A stretch of DNA of 64,000 bases, taken from assembly GCA_965208105.1 (NCBI GenBank), contig OZ242318.1, forward strand, positions 3,328,001-3,392,000. The letters are read 5' to 3'. A program made the translations under genes and the position numbers. Source of the stretch: Candidatus Latescibacterota bacterium. GTDB lineage: Bacteria; Latescibacterota; UBA2968; UBA8231. The notes beneath the pieces are model-generated. The model ran no database searches. It worked only from the letters and a program-made list of their open reading frames with translations, and was not told the origin of the DNA. Position 1 is the first letter of the stretch. Every line of letters begins with the position of its first letter. Positions 47,377 through 56,879 of the stretch are shown piece after piece.

Positions 47377-48260
47377 TCATCCCTCCAGATTGGCCAGGGC
47401 GCAGACGGTCATGGCGCAGTCGGCGGAGTAGGAGAGCCGGGACCAGGCAGGCCCCCCGGAAACGTCGCCGGGCTGCGGATTCCAGAGGCCGTCATCGCTT
47501 TGGCGGGCGGCGAGAACCTCGCCGAGCTCGAGAGCGCGCTGCAGCAGGTCCGGGTCGCCGGTCTCCTCGTAGAGATTCAGCATGGACCAGCCGAACTTGG
47601 TCGATCTGCCGAAATGGGCGGGATTGGAGCGGTGGCGGTAGACCAGGTCCACGTAGCGGCGCGCTGTTCTTCTTCCCCCATATCGTAGGCCATCTCCCAA
47701 TCTCCTCCCGCCTTGCGCGCCAGCACGGAGCCGTCCCGGCGAAAGCGATTGTAGAAACAGGGGGCCCGCTCCTGCTCGTCGATCAGGGCCCGGAAGGTGT
47801 CGCACATGAGGCGGGCGGATTGTAACCGTCCGACCGCAGCCAGGGCCATGCCGGCGCCTCCCGAGAAGCAGACCTCCGCCACCTCCTCGCCGGCGTCCTC
47901 GTCCGCGAGAACGATGCCGCCGCAGCGGGCGTCCTGGAGGTGTTCGAGGCGGTCGGCCATCAGGTGGGCCAGATCGAATCGTTCGGCCGCCGCGGCTCCG
48001 AGGGCGATCCATCCCATGGCGTAGACCCGGTTGGCCGGCGCAGCCGCCGACTGCAGTTCGCCGTCCCCCGCCACGAATTTCTCCATGATCTGCCGGGCGA
48101 CCCGGCCGCCCCGCGAGCGCATGCCCGCCATGGTCATCAGGTACGGCGTTTTGTAGTAGTAGCGCGAATCCTCGGGATCGATGGCGCACAGTCCGTCCGC
48201 GTCGAAGTTGCGCTGCAGCCAGTCTCCGAGTCTGGCGGCGGCGTCGTGGAAGGATTTCAT
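47377..48260 (-). pseudogene. Disrupted alpha/alpha-toroid hypothetical protein
   Basis: N-part MKSFHDAAARLGDWL...EEEQR shifts frame near 47660 into RYVDLVY...RQSDDGLW...LANLEG*. Confidence 0.6.
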
Positions 48261-48436
48261 GGCTCTTCTCCAGTCGGGGGAGATGGAAACTGCAGGCAGA
48301 CATGGAGAAATATCAGGGCGGGGCAATCCGGGCACAACCGGGTATGGGTGCTACGGCCGGGGCGCATCCCTTAGAGACCCCGCCGCCGAGTCTCTCGAGA
48401 CCGGGGGCCGGATCCGTCCGCCTGCGCCCCGACGAA

Positions 48437-48474
48437 GTCAACAGGTTGACCCTCCGTTTTGAGGGAGCTATATT
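48437..48474 (+). promoter_or_regulatory. Sigma70-like promoter with palindrome over -35
   Basis: TTGACC-17 nt-TATATT 12 nt before ATG; GTCAACAGGTTGAC inverted repeat. Confidence 0.6.
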
Positions 48475-48486
48475 CCCCCGCTGCCC

Positions 48487-49659
48487 ATGAAAACATACAA
48501 CGTTGCAGTTCTGGGCTGCGGCAGCCGCGGTGCCGCCGCCGCCCGCGCCTACTACGACCATCCGCGCACAAATCTGTCAGCGCTCTGCGACCTGGTCCCG
48601 GAACGCTGCGACCCCCTGGGGGACGAGCTCGGAGTCGAGTCCCGTTACGACGACCTGGACCGCATGATAGGCGAGACCGGCCCCGACATCGTCGCCATTC
48701 CCACCGGCACCGAGTTCCACCACCCCCTGGCCCTGCGCGTGCTCGACTACGGAATCCACATCGACATAGAGAAGCCGCTCTGCGTCGACCTGGAGGAAGC
48801 CGACGAGGTGGTGGCGAAGGCGGCCGCGAAAGGGGCGCGCATCGCCGTTCATCACCAGGGCCGCAGCGGAGCGATCATGCGCGCCGTGGAGCGGGCCTAC
48901 AGGGCGGGACGCATCGGCGAGCTGCGCCACATCTCAGGCTACGGCAAGTCCTACTACGGCGGCTACGGGCTCATGAACATCGGCACTCACATGATCAACA
49001 CCATGCTCAAGCTGGCCGGCCATTGCCGCAGCGTCACCGCCACCGGCATGACCGACGGCCACCCGATCACCCCCGCAGACGTCATTCCGGCGGCCGGAGG
49101 CATGGGCATCGTCGCCGGCGAGCACCTGACCGCCACCCTCGACTTCGACAACGGGGTCACCGCCAACATGCTGCAGCACCGCTATCCCAAGGCGGTGAAT
49201 CCGGTGATGGAGTTCTGCGGCAGCGAAGGCCGCCTCATGGTGGGCAACCTGCTCTACATGGAGGACAGGAAAGGGGGCATGCTGCTGCCGGAAACCCACT
49301 ACGCCCCGGGAGCCACGGCGGCGCAATGGGAGGACCTGGACCCGATCTTGCCGGACTGCAGGAGGGCGGACGGCGTAAGCCATGTGGAAGACCTCTGGTT
49401 CGTGGAGGAATACGTCAGGGCCCTGGACGAGGGCCGGGACCACGAGTGCAGCGGCAAGGAGGGGCTCCACGTGGTCGAAGTGATGATGGGGATTCTCGAG
49501 TCGGCCGCCTACGGGCGCAGGGTGGACCTGCCCCAGGAGGACCGCTCGCAGCCGCTGATGCGCTGGAGGAGGGAGCACGGCCTCGGAGCGCCGGAGACCA
49601 TGCCGCGGGGCTACGCCGAATGGCTGCAGGCCGAGGACCGCAGGCTGGGGAGGTGCTGA
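48487..49659 (+). CDS. Gfo/Idh/MocA family oxidoreductase
   Basis: LGCGSRG, IEKPL, GLMNIGTH. Confidence 0.9.
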   Translation: MKTYNVAVLGCGSRGAAAARAYYDHPRTNLSALCDLVPERCDPLGDELGVESRYDDLDRMIGETGPDIVAIPTGTEFHHPLALRVLDYGIHIDIEKPLCVDLEEADEVVAKAAAKGARIAVHHQGRSGAIMRAVERAYRAGRIGELRHISGYGKSYYGGYGLMNIGTHMINTMLKLAGHCRSVTATGMTDGHPITPADVIPAAGGMGIVAGEHLTATLDFDNGVTANMLQHRYPKAVNPVMEFCGSEGRLMVGNLLYMEDRKGGMLLPETHYAPGATAAQWEDLDPILPDCRRADGVSHVEDLWFVEEYVRALDEGRDHECSGKEGLHVVEVMMGILESAAYGRRVDLPQEDRSQPLMRWRREHGLGAPETMPRGYAEWLQAEDRRLGRC

Positions 49660-49725
49660 GCGCGGCGGCAGAACCTGGGTGGTGATGCGGAGTTCCATGA
49701 AGGCTAGATTGGCAAAGGAGAGCAG

Positions 49726-50520
49726 ATGACATCCCTGAACTTCAGCGCGCGGGTGCCGGTGATGGACGCCAACGTCGGCGTCGGCCACAAGGCCAAGCGG
49801 ACTGCCCCATTCGACACCCCCGAGGAGCTGCTGGCGGAGATGGGGAGGCATGGGGTGGAACGGGCCCTGGTGCACCACCAGGCGGGAGAAACCACCAGCA
49901 CCATCGACGCCAACGAGCTGCTCACCCAATGGTGCGGCACGGGCGGCCCGCTGACCTACCAGTGGATGGCGGGCCCCGAAGCCGACTCTCTCGCGCAGCT
50001 GCAGGAGCTGCGCCGCGACGGAAGGCTGGACAACGTTCGCCTGCACGACTGCGCCGCCGCAGGCCTCCCCTTCGTCGACTGGCTCTACGGCGATCTGCTG
50101 GAATGGCTGCAGGCCGAGAGGATTCCGCTGTGGGTGTCCATGGCCAACGAGTGGGATCCCACCTGGCTCTCGCCCATGCCCATGACCCCGGTGACCGAGA
50201 TCATGGACACCCTGCGCAAGTTCCCGGACCTGGTCACGGTGCTGGTCGGAGCGCACTACTCCCACGCCCACTTCGTGAGGCCCTTCCTGAAGCTGCTGCC
50301 CAACTGCTACATCGAGCTCAGCCGCTACGAGGTGCTGTGCGATCTGGAAAAGGTGATCGAGGAGTACGGCCCCGGGCGCTTCGTGTACGGCTCGTTCTAT
50401 CCGCGCTACGCCATGGGTCCCATGCTCTACTACATCCACAACATCGGGCTCGGCGACGCGGACCTGGAAGGAATCTGCGCAGGGAATCTGGAACGCATAC
50501 TACAAGGGGGCGCGCAATGA
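49726..50520 (+). CDS. Amidohydrolase-fold protein with degenerate metal site
   Basis: MDANVGVG in place of DxHxH, YGSFYP in place of GSD.P; TIM-barrel pattern matches the downstream paralog. Confidence 0.75.
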   Translation: MTSLNFSARVPVMDANVGVGHKAKRTAPFDTPEELLAEMGRHGVERALVHHQAGETTSTIDANELLTQWCGTGGPLTYQWMAGPEADSLAQLQELRRDGRLDNVRLHDCAAAGLPFVDWLYGDLLEWLQAERIPLWVSMANEWDPTWLSPMPMTPVTEIMDTLRKFPDLVTVLVGAHYSHAHFVRPFLKLLPNCYIELSRYEVLCDLEKVIEEYGPGRFVYGSFYPRYAMGPMLYYIHNIGLGDADLEGICAGNLERILQGGAQ

Positions 50521-51263
50521 TCGAAGGCGGCATTGTAATCGATTTTCACGGCCACCCCGGCCACTGGGGTCTGACGGAAAGCTCGCCCGAAAACCTGCTG
50601 CACGCCATGGATGCCATCGGCGTGGACTACTCGGTGCTGTTCAGCGTCTGGCACCCCGAGGGCACCCGCGGCAACGACCACACCGCCTCCGTGGTCGCCA
50701 CCCACCCCGACCGCTTCATGGGCTTCGCCTACGTCTCGCCGCTCATGCCCGAGGCCATGGTGCCGGAGCTCACCCGGGCATTCGACGAGCTGCATCTGAA
50801 GGGGATCAAGCTCTACCCCCCATTCACCGGAATCAACCTCAACGAGCCACCCTGGTTCCCGATCTACCAGTTCGCCGACGACCGCGGGCTGGCGGTCATC
50901 TGGCACACCGGAATCGAGGCCCCCGCCCAGCCCAAGTACGTGGCGGACGTGGCGCCGCGCTTCCCCAACGCCATTTTCGTCTGCGGCCACTCGGGCAACT
51001 GCCCTCCCATGCGCGCCATGGCCATCGACGCCGCCCGCAACAACCCCAACGTCTATCTGGAGACCTGCTCCACCTTCCGCACCCCCGGCGCCATCGAGGA
51101 GCTGGTGAACGGGGCGGGCGCCGACCGCGTCCTCTACGGCTCGGACGTGCCGCTCATGGACCATCGCTCCCAGGTCGGCAAGATCGTTACCGCCGACATC
51201 AGCGACGAGGCCAAGCGCCTGGTGCTCGGGGAAAACGCCCGGCGCATTCTGAACCTGCCCTAG
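50517..51263 (+). CDS. Amidohydrolase_2 family protein
   Basis: DFHGH, GIKLYP, WHTG, GHSG, YGSDVP; ATGA overlap. Confidence 0.9.
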   Translation: MIEGGIVIDFHGHPGHWGLTESSPENLLHAMDAIGVDYSVLFSVWHPEGTRGNDHTASVVATHPDRFMGFAYVSPLMPEAMVPELTRAFDELHLKGIKLYPPFTGINLNEPPWFPIYQFADDRGLAVIWHTGIEAPAQPKYVADVAPRFPNAIFVCGHSGNCPPMRAMAIDAARNNPNVYLETCSTFRTPGAIEELVNGAGADRVLYGSDVPLMDHRSQVGKIVTADISDEAKRLVLGENARRILNLP

Positions 51264-51318
51264 ATCCGGCCGTTTGCGCCGGTCCTGGCCCCTTAACCCG
51301 ATGGTGAAGGAGGGCCCC

Positions 51319-53031
51319 GTGTCCGCAGCAAGTCCGCCCTACCGCTGGCCCCCGAGAATCCTCTTCAACACCGACGGCTGCCACGCCTTCAAGTACCTGC
51401 GCCGGCGCGACCCTGACGACGTCACCGAGTTGATGGTCCCACTGGCTGGAGCCGGGGTCGACGTGGTCTGCGCCCTGGTGGGAGTCAATGACGATCTGAG
51501 CTGGCGCGGCAGTCCCTACGGCGAGGTCTGGGGCGACACTATGGGGGCGAGCATCGACGACCTGTTCGCCGCAGACGGCACCGTGCGCTCCTCGGTCGCT
51601 CTGAACATCGAGCCCAGCGACCTGCTGCAGATGGGGCTCAGGGCCATGGTCGACGACGGCCACGACGTGCTGCAGCTCTACGTCGACCGGGCCCGCGCAC
51701 TCGGCCAGGGGACCTACGCTTCCTTCCGCATGAACGCGGCCAACGCCAACCTCGAGTACCGCATGGCCGATGGCAGGCGCTCCTCGGCGGTACTGAAGCG
51801 CCAGGACCTGCTCGTCGGGGCCGGGGAGCTGAGCGGCAACGGGAGGGGGTTCAATTTCTGCTGGCAGTGGGATTACGCCCGTGACGAGGTGAGGCAGCGT
51901 TTTCTCGGCCGCATCGACGAGGTGCTCAGGCGCTACGACGTGGACGGCCTCGAGCTGGATTTCTGCCGCAACTTCCCCTTCTTCAAGCGCTTCCAGGGAT
52001 TCAGGCACATCGGCACCATGAACCGCTTCATGGAAGAGGCAAGGGAGATCGTGAGAGGGCACCAGGAGCGCAAGGGAATGGAGATCAAGCTGGCGTGCCG
52101 GGTGGCGTCCAGCCTGGATGCCTGCGCCGAGCAGGGCCTGGACGCGGAACACTGGATCCGCGAAGGCCTGGTCGACGTGGCCGCGATCTCGTCCATGGGG
52201 CACTGGGAACTGGAGAACGATGTCTCCAGAGCGGTTGTCGCGGCAAAGGACAGCGGGGTCCTGATATACGTGGGGTCTTCGGTTGTGCCCCCGGCGTCGC
52301 CGCAGGAAGGCTACGAGAGCGGGCAGCCGACCATCAGGAGGGCGATTGCCCTGAACGCCTACCGCCAGGGCGCGGCCGGGGTCCACCTCTTCAACTACGA
52401 TTATGCCCACGAGCGCGCCCTGCCCCTGGCGCCGGACGACGAGAGCGACCTCCCCGAGGTGGAATATCCCCCTGTCTTCAGCGGTCGCATGGGACTCTAC
52501 GCCTCCGACCGTTTCACCCGGAGGGACCTGCAGTTGCTGCGCGACCTGGCCGACCCCCGCAGTCTCTCCGGCTTGAGCCGCTGCTACAACCTGAACGCCA
52601 GGAAGTATCCGGGGGATTTCGAAGCGCAGATCCCTTTCAAGATACCCCTCCGCGGCAGGGGGGCGGGGCCCCTCCACGCCATGCGCCTGCCCTTGCATGA
52701 CGACGTGCAGGAAGGTCTGGCCGGCGGCCGCATCCGCAAAACCGAGCTGCGCCTGCGCCTCGGCGAGCACGAGCAGAACCTGGACCGCCTCTGCTGCGAG
52801 GTGAACGGCAGGAAGTACGGGTTGAAGGGTGCGCGCGCCATTTCCAATTCAAGCGGCGATACGTGGCTGGTGGTGGATGATCCTCCCCTGGTCAAGGGCG
52901 ACAACACCGTGCTGGTGGTTCTTGAGGGCACTCAATCCCCCAACGGCTGGCACCGCGCCGGAACCGGGGTGGGGCCGAACTGGCCGACCCTGGAGCAGTG
53001 CGAGCTCCTGGTGCTGTGCGGGGACCCCTAG
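51319..53031 (+). CDS. Glycoside hydrolase-like TIM-barrel protein (GHL10-like)
   Basis: ILFNTDG, ASFRMN, YDVDGLELDFCR, GVHLFNY; RBS AAGGAGG before GTG. Confidence 0.7.
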   Translation: MSAASPPYRWPPRILFNTDGCHAFKYLRRRDPDDVTELMVPLAGAGVDVVCALVGVNDDLSWRGSPYGEVWGDTMGASIDDLFAADGTVRSSVALNIEPSDLLQMGLRAMVDDGHDVLQLYVDRARALGQGTYASFRMNAANANLEYRMADGRRSSAVLKRQDLLVGAGELSGNGRGFNFCWQWDYARDEVRQRFLGRIDEVLRRYDVDGLELDFCRNFPFFKRFQGFRHIGTMNRFMEEAREIVRGHQERKGMEIKLACRVASSLDACAEQGLDAEHWIREGLVDVAAISSMGHWELENDVSRAVVAAKDSGVLIYVGSSVVPPASPQEGYESGQPTIRRAIALNAYRQGAAGVHLFNYDYAHERALPLAPDDESDLPEVEYPPVFSGRMGLYASDRFTRRDLQLLRDLADPRSLSGLSRCYNLNARKYPGDFEAQIPFKIPLRGRGAGPLHAMRLPLHDDVQEGLAGGRIRKTELRLRLGEHEQNLDRLCCEVNGRKYGLKGARAISNSSGDTWLVVDDPPLVKGDNTVLVVLEGTQSPNGWHRAGTGVGPNWPTLEQCELLVLCGDP

Positions 53032-53202
53032 TCGGGCGGGAATCCGGGGCGTGGGAGGGAAGTTGGACCGGGGCTTCGCAGGCGCATGAAATTATCTCCA
53101 ATCGTTGTTGCAACTGGGGGCACTCTCTTTCACCAGCGCATCCGCAGCGATTCTCCGGGTGGACCTCGCAGCATACCCGGTCAGACCGTCTCCCCCAGTG
53201 AC

Positions 53203-54240
53203 CTACCTTTCTCGTCTGCGCTCACCCCAAATACGTTTCCAGAGAAGCGAGAGGACTTGGTCCCGGCCCGAAAAGCCTGGAGAACGGCGGCGGAAGTCGG
53301 CAATCTTGCCGGGGTCTCCGGGGTCTGGGAGCAGGCGGAAGGAAAAGACGTAGCTGCCCGAGGAGGTCAGCCAGCTGTCCGAGCGGCCGAAGCGCAGGTC
53401 GTTGAAGTAGAGGTCGCCGTCCTCGGCTGTAACCGTGTAGTAGCCGCGCGAGAACCAGATCAGCTTCTGCACCGGCTCCTGGTCCAGCACACCGGCGATG
53501 AGGCCGGTGTTTTTTTCGATTCGCTGGAACCGTATGTGGTCGTCCGGGTCGAAGACCGAGTGGAGCCCGACCAGTAGGTGGTCGCCGCCGTCGGCCATGC
53601 CCATCCACAGCAGGTTGTTGAACAGAGTGGGGGTGGCGAAGAGGCGGGAATAGGGATGCCGGCCGTCTTCCAGGGCGGCGGCAAATGCCGCTTTGGCCTG
53701 CATCTGGTTGATCAGACCCAGAAGCAGGTATGCGGTGCTCAAACCCAGGCCGATCAGATTGAGTGCCCGGCGCCTGGCCGAGGTGCGCCGGAGAAAAAGC
53801 GCGGCGAGCAGTCCCGCAGCCACCGGCGCGGTGTAGAGTGGATCGATGATGAAGATGGAAGAGAGGGCGACGGGGTGGGAGCTGAATGGACTGAATAGCT
53901 GGGTGCCGTACATGGTGAAGCAGTCGAGCAGGGAATGGGTGATGAAACCCAGGAAAGCCAGAAGGCCCCACTCTCTCCAGGTTGCCCCGCAGCGGCGGTG
54001 AATCGTGAAAAGGAGCCTGCCTGAGCCCGCCCCGGCCAACACCGCAAAGAGGATGGAGTGGGTTATGCCGCGGTGGATGCTCAACTGCATCGACTGGGAC
54101 ACGAACGGTGAGACCACCACGTCCAGGTCGGGCAGGGTGCCGGCCACCGCCCCCCACATAGCGGCCCTGGCTCCAACCTTGCGGCCGAGCACCGCTTCGC
54201 CTACGGCGGCGCCGAGGGCGATCTGGGTTACCGTATCGAT
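53203..54240 (-). CDS. Membrane-bound metal-dependent hydrolase (YdjM/DUF457 family)
   Basis: DTVTQIALGAAVGE, LPDLD, HRGITHS, THSLLD, FIIDP; conserved N-terminus begins at ATC 54240. Confidence 0.85.
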   Translation of the reverse strand: MDTVTQIALGAAVGEAVLGRKVGARAAMWGAVAGTLPDLDVVVSPFVSQSMQLSIHRGITHSILFAVLAGAGSGRLLFTIHRRCGATWREWGLLAFLGFITHSLLDCFTMYGTQLFSPFSSHPVALSSIFIIDPLYTAPVAAGLLAALFLRRTSARRRALNLIGLGLSTAYLLLGLINQMQAKAAFAAALEDGRHPYSRLFATPTLFNNLLWMGMADGGDHLLVGLHSVFDPDDHIRFQRIEKNTGLIAGVLDQEPVQKLIWFSRGYYTVTAEDGDLYFNDLRFGRSDSWLTSSGSYVFSFRLLPDPGDPGKIADFRRRSPGFSGRDQVLSLLWKRIWGERRRER

Positions 54241-54453
54241 GATGGAATCTCCACAGGTCCTTCAGAGGCGGATTGCATCGCCTGTCTTGAATCGGGTGGT
54301 GGTTATTCTCGGTTCTTCTCCCGATAATGCTAATACTTGGCTGCGCTAAGGGACAACCCGGGGCGATGCCTTACGCGATTCTGCCCTGCAGGTTATGTTC
54401 AGGCATGCGGGAGCTCATGCCAACGAACAGCTGAAAAATAGGAGCGAGACAAG

Positions 54454-55572
54454 ATGAAACCTGCGAAAGCGCTCGCGCGCGCCGCCAGGGCAGGCGACCT
54501 GAAAACCATGCGTGCCATGATCAAGGAGGACAGCTCCCTGGCTGCCGACTGGCAGCCGATGATGGATGCATGTTACGTCGGACAGGCGGAGGCCGTGGCC
54601 CTTCTGCTCGAGAACGGCGCCGACCCGAACGTGAAATCCAGGTCGGCCCACCACTACCGGCCCCTCCACCGCACGGTGGAGCACAAGAAGACGGCGCCCA
54701 AGCACGACGGTCATCACGAGGTGGTCGATCTGTTGCTCGATGCCGGCGCCGACCCATTGATGCTGGGAAGCTACTGGCTCATCAGCGCAGTCGCCCTCTG
54801 CGCCACCGGCGATTCGACCGAATTCCTTCCGGCGCTGCTGGAAAGGATCCCCAGGCAGCACGACATCTTCCACGCTGCCGTGCTCGCCGAGGCGGGGCGG
54901 GTGAATTCCCTGTTGAAGAAGGATCCTTCCCTGGCGCAGGCGCATCACGAGGGTACCAGGATCTGGATGAGTGACAAGGGCTGGACACCCCTGATCTACT
55001 GCGTCAGTTCGCGCGTGGGAAGAGACAGCGGGAAGAAGCGCAAGGACCTGGCCCGGACTGCGCGGGCCTTGCTCGATCACGGAGCCGACACCACCGGCTC
55101 CGTCGACCGCGCCATCTACAGCGGCAACCCGGCGGTCCTGGAGATGCTCCTCGAGGCCGGCGGCGCCTGCGCCGACGACGACACCCTCAACCACGCTGCC
55201 TGCGAAGGACATTTCGACGCCTTGGAGCTGCTGCTGAAGTACGGGGCAAGGTTGGACGGAACCCGGGGAACCGATCACCATGGCGGCTACACCCCCCTCG
55301 GCTGCGCTGTCTCCTGCCGCAGCATGCAGGGGACGCGGTGGTTCCTGGAGAAGAACCAGGATCCCAACAAAATCAAGAGCAAGTCGGGGGAAAACTGCCT
55401 GCACGTGGCGGTGCATTTCGGCGCCAGCGCCAAGATGCTGCAGCTGCTGCTCGATCACGGGGCCAGAATCAACCAGAAGGACAAGCTGGGACGTACTCCA
55501 TTGGCTCGGGCTCGGGAGAAAGATCACGGAAAGGCGATTGCCTTTCTGGAAGCCACAGGCGCCAGGGCCTAG
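54454..55572 (+). CDS. Ankyrin repeat protein
   Basis: Multiple ANK units (LLLENGADPN, GWTPLIY, GYTPLGCA, GENCLHVA, GRTPLARA); RBS AGGAG. Confidence 0.92.
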   Translation: MKPAKALARAARAGDLKTMRAMIKEDSSLAADWQPMMDACYVGQAEAVALLLENGADPNVKSRSAHHYRPLHRTVEHKKTAPKHDGHHEVVDLLLDAGADPLMLGSYWLISAVALCATGDSTEFLPALLERIPRQHDIFHAAVLAEAGRVNSLLKKDPSLAQAHHEGTRIWMSDKGWTPLIYCVSSRVGRDSGKKRKDLARTARALLDHGADTTGSVDRAIYSGNPAVLEMLLEAGGACADDDTLNHAACEGHFDALELLLKYGARLDGTRGTDHHGGYTPLGCAVSCRSMQGTRWFLEKNQDPNKIKSKSGENCLHVAVHFGASAKMLQLLLDHGARINQKDKLGRTPLARAREKDHGKAIAFLEATGARA

Positions 55573-55823
55573 TGACCCGTCGCAGAAATATGTCGCCATT
55601 ATTCCGCCGATCCATCCCGGCTCACGGCGTTGCCTTCACTCGCCGTACACCACTGGTACGACTCGCTCAGGCGCCTTGTGAGCCGGGCGCCTCGGCGGCC
55701 CAATTGCGTCAACCTATCTCTGCGACGGGTCACTAGCAGCCTTATTCAACATCCGGGGCCTGTCCGCCACAGACAGTCCTCCGTTCCACTGACAATCATC
55801 GACCTTTCACCCGGGAGAATTCC

Positions 55824-56792
55824 ATGCGCCTTCCCCTTTCCTTCGCCCTCGCCCTCGTCCTCTGCGCCGCGGAGTCGAGATCAGCCTCCGCCTTCGAGTT
55901 CGCCGCCATCGGCGATCTGCCCTACAGCGAGGCCGACAGCCTTGGCTTCGGCCTGCTGCGCGACCGCATCAACGCCGAAGACCTCGCCTTCGTTCTGCAC
56001 GTGGGAGACATCAAGGGCGGCGGGAGCTCCTGTGACGACGCGGCCCTGGAGTCGCGGGTCCGCATGTTTTCCACCTTCCGCCATCCCTTTCTCCTGTTGC
56101 CGGGAGACAACGAGTGGACCGACTGCCACCGGGGTCAGGCCGGCGGCTGGTCGCCGCTGGAGCGCCTGGCCAGGCTGCGCTCCTTGTTCTTCTCGCCCCC
56201 TGGCCGCACTCTCGGGGGAGGTTCGCTGCAGGTGGTCTCCCAGGCTGCCGACCCGGCCTACGCCGAGTTTCCCGAGCACACCCGCTGGACCCTGGGGGGT
56301 GTGGTGTTCGCCGGGCTGCACCTGGTGGGAAGCAACAACGCCATGGCCGACTTTCCGGACCGCGGTCCCGAAAACGACGCCGAAGTCGAGCGCCGCACCC
56401 GGGCGGCCATCGCCTGGATGGCCGCGGCGTTCCAGCAGGCGCGGGAGACGGGGGCTGCCGCCCTGATGGTGGCCATGCAGGCAAATCCGCGCTTCGAGAC
56501 GGACCAGCGCAAGGATCCGCCGCAGATCTTCACCGAGTTTCTCCGGGTTCTGGCGGAAGAGACGGCGGGTTTCGGCAGGCCCGTCGTTCTCGTTCACGGG
56601 GACTCGCATTACTTCCGCGTCGACAAGCCTCTGGCTGGGCTGGCCAGCCAGCGCAGCCTGAGCAACTTCACCCGGCTGGAGGTTTTCGGCTCGCCCAACA
56701 TGCACTGGGTCCGGGTTAAGGTCGACCGCGATGATCCCCAGGTGTTTCGCTTCCACCAGGAGATAATCCCGGAGCACGCCCAGCTCGACTGA
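55824..56792 (+). CDS. Secreted calcineurin-like metallophosphoesterase
   Basis: Signal peptide, GDLPY, HVGDI, PGDNEW, HGDSH. Confidence 0.85.
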   Translation: MRLPLSFALALVLCAAESRSASAFEFAAIGDLPYSEADSLGFGLLRDRINAEDLAFVLHVGDIKGGGSSCDDAALESRVRMFSTFRHPFLLLPGDNEWTDCHRGQAGGWSPLERLARLRSLFFSPPGRTLGGGSLQVVSQAADPAYAEFPEHTRWTLGGVVFAGLHLVGSNNAMADFPDRGPENDAEVERRTRAAIAWMAAAFQQARETGAAALMVAMQANPRFETDQRKDPPQIFTEFLRVLAEETAGFGRPVVLVHGDSHYFRVDKPLAGLASQRSLSNFTRLEVFGSPNMHWVRVKVDRDDPQVFRFHQEIIPEHAQLD

Positions 56793-56879
56793 GAGTCCCC
56801 GACCGGGGGGTCCGGCCGGGCTCGGTGCGCGGAACTGCCGCCGTGAACTGGCCTTTCTACCTGCCCCGGCGAGCTCCCC

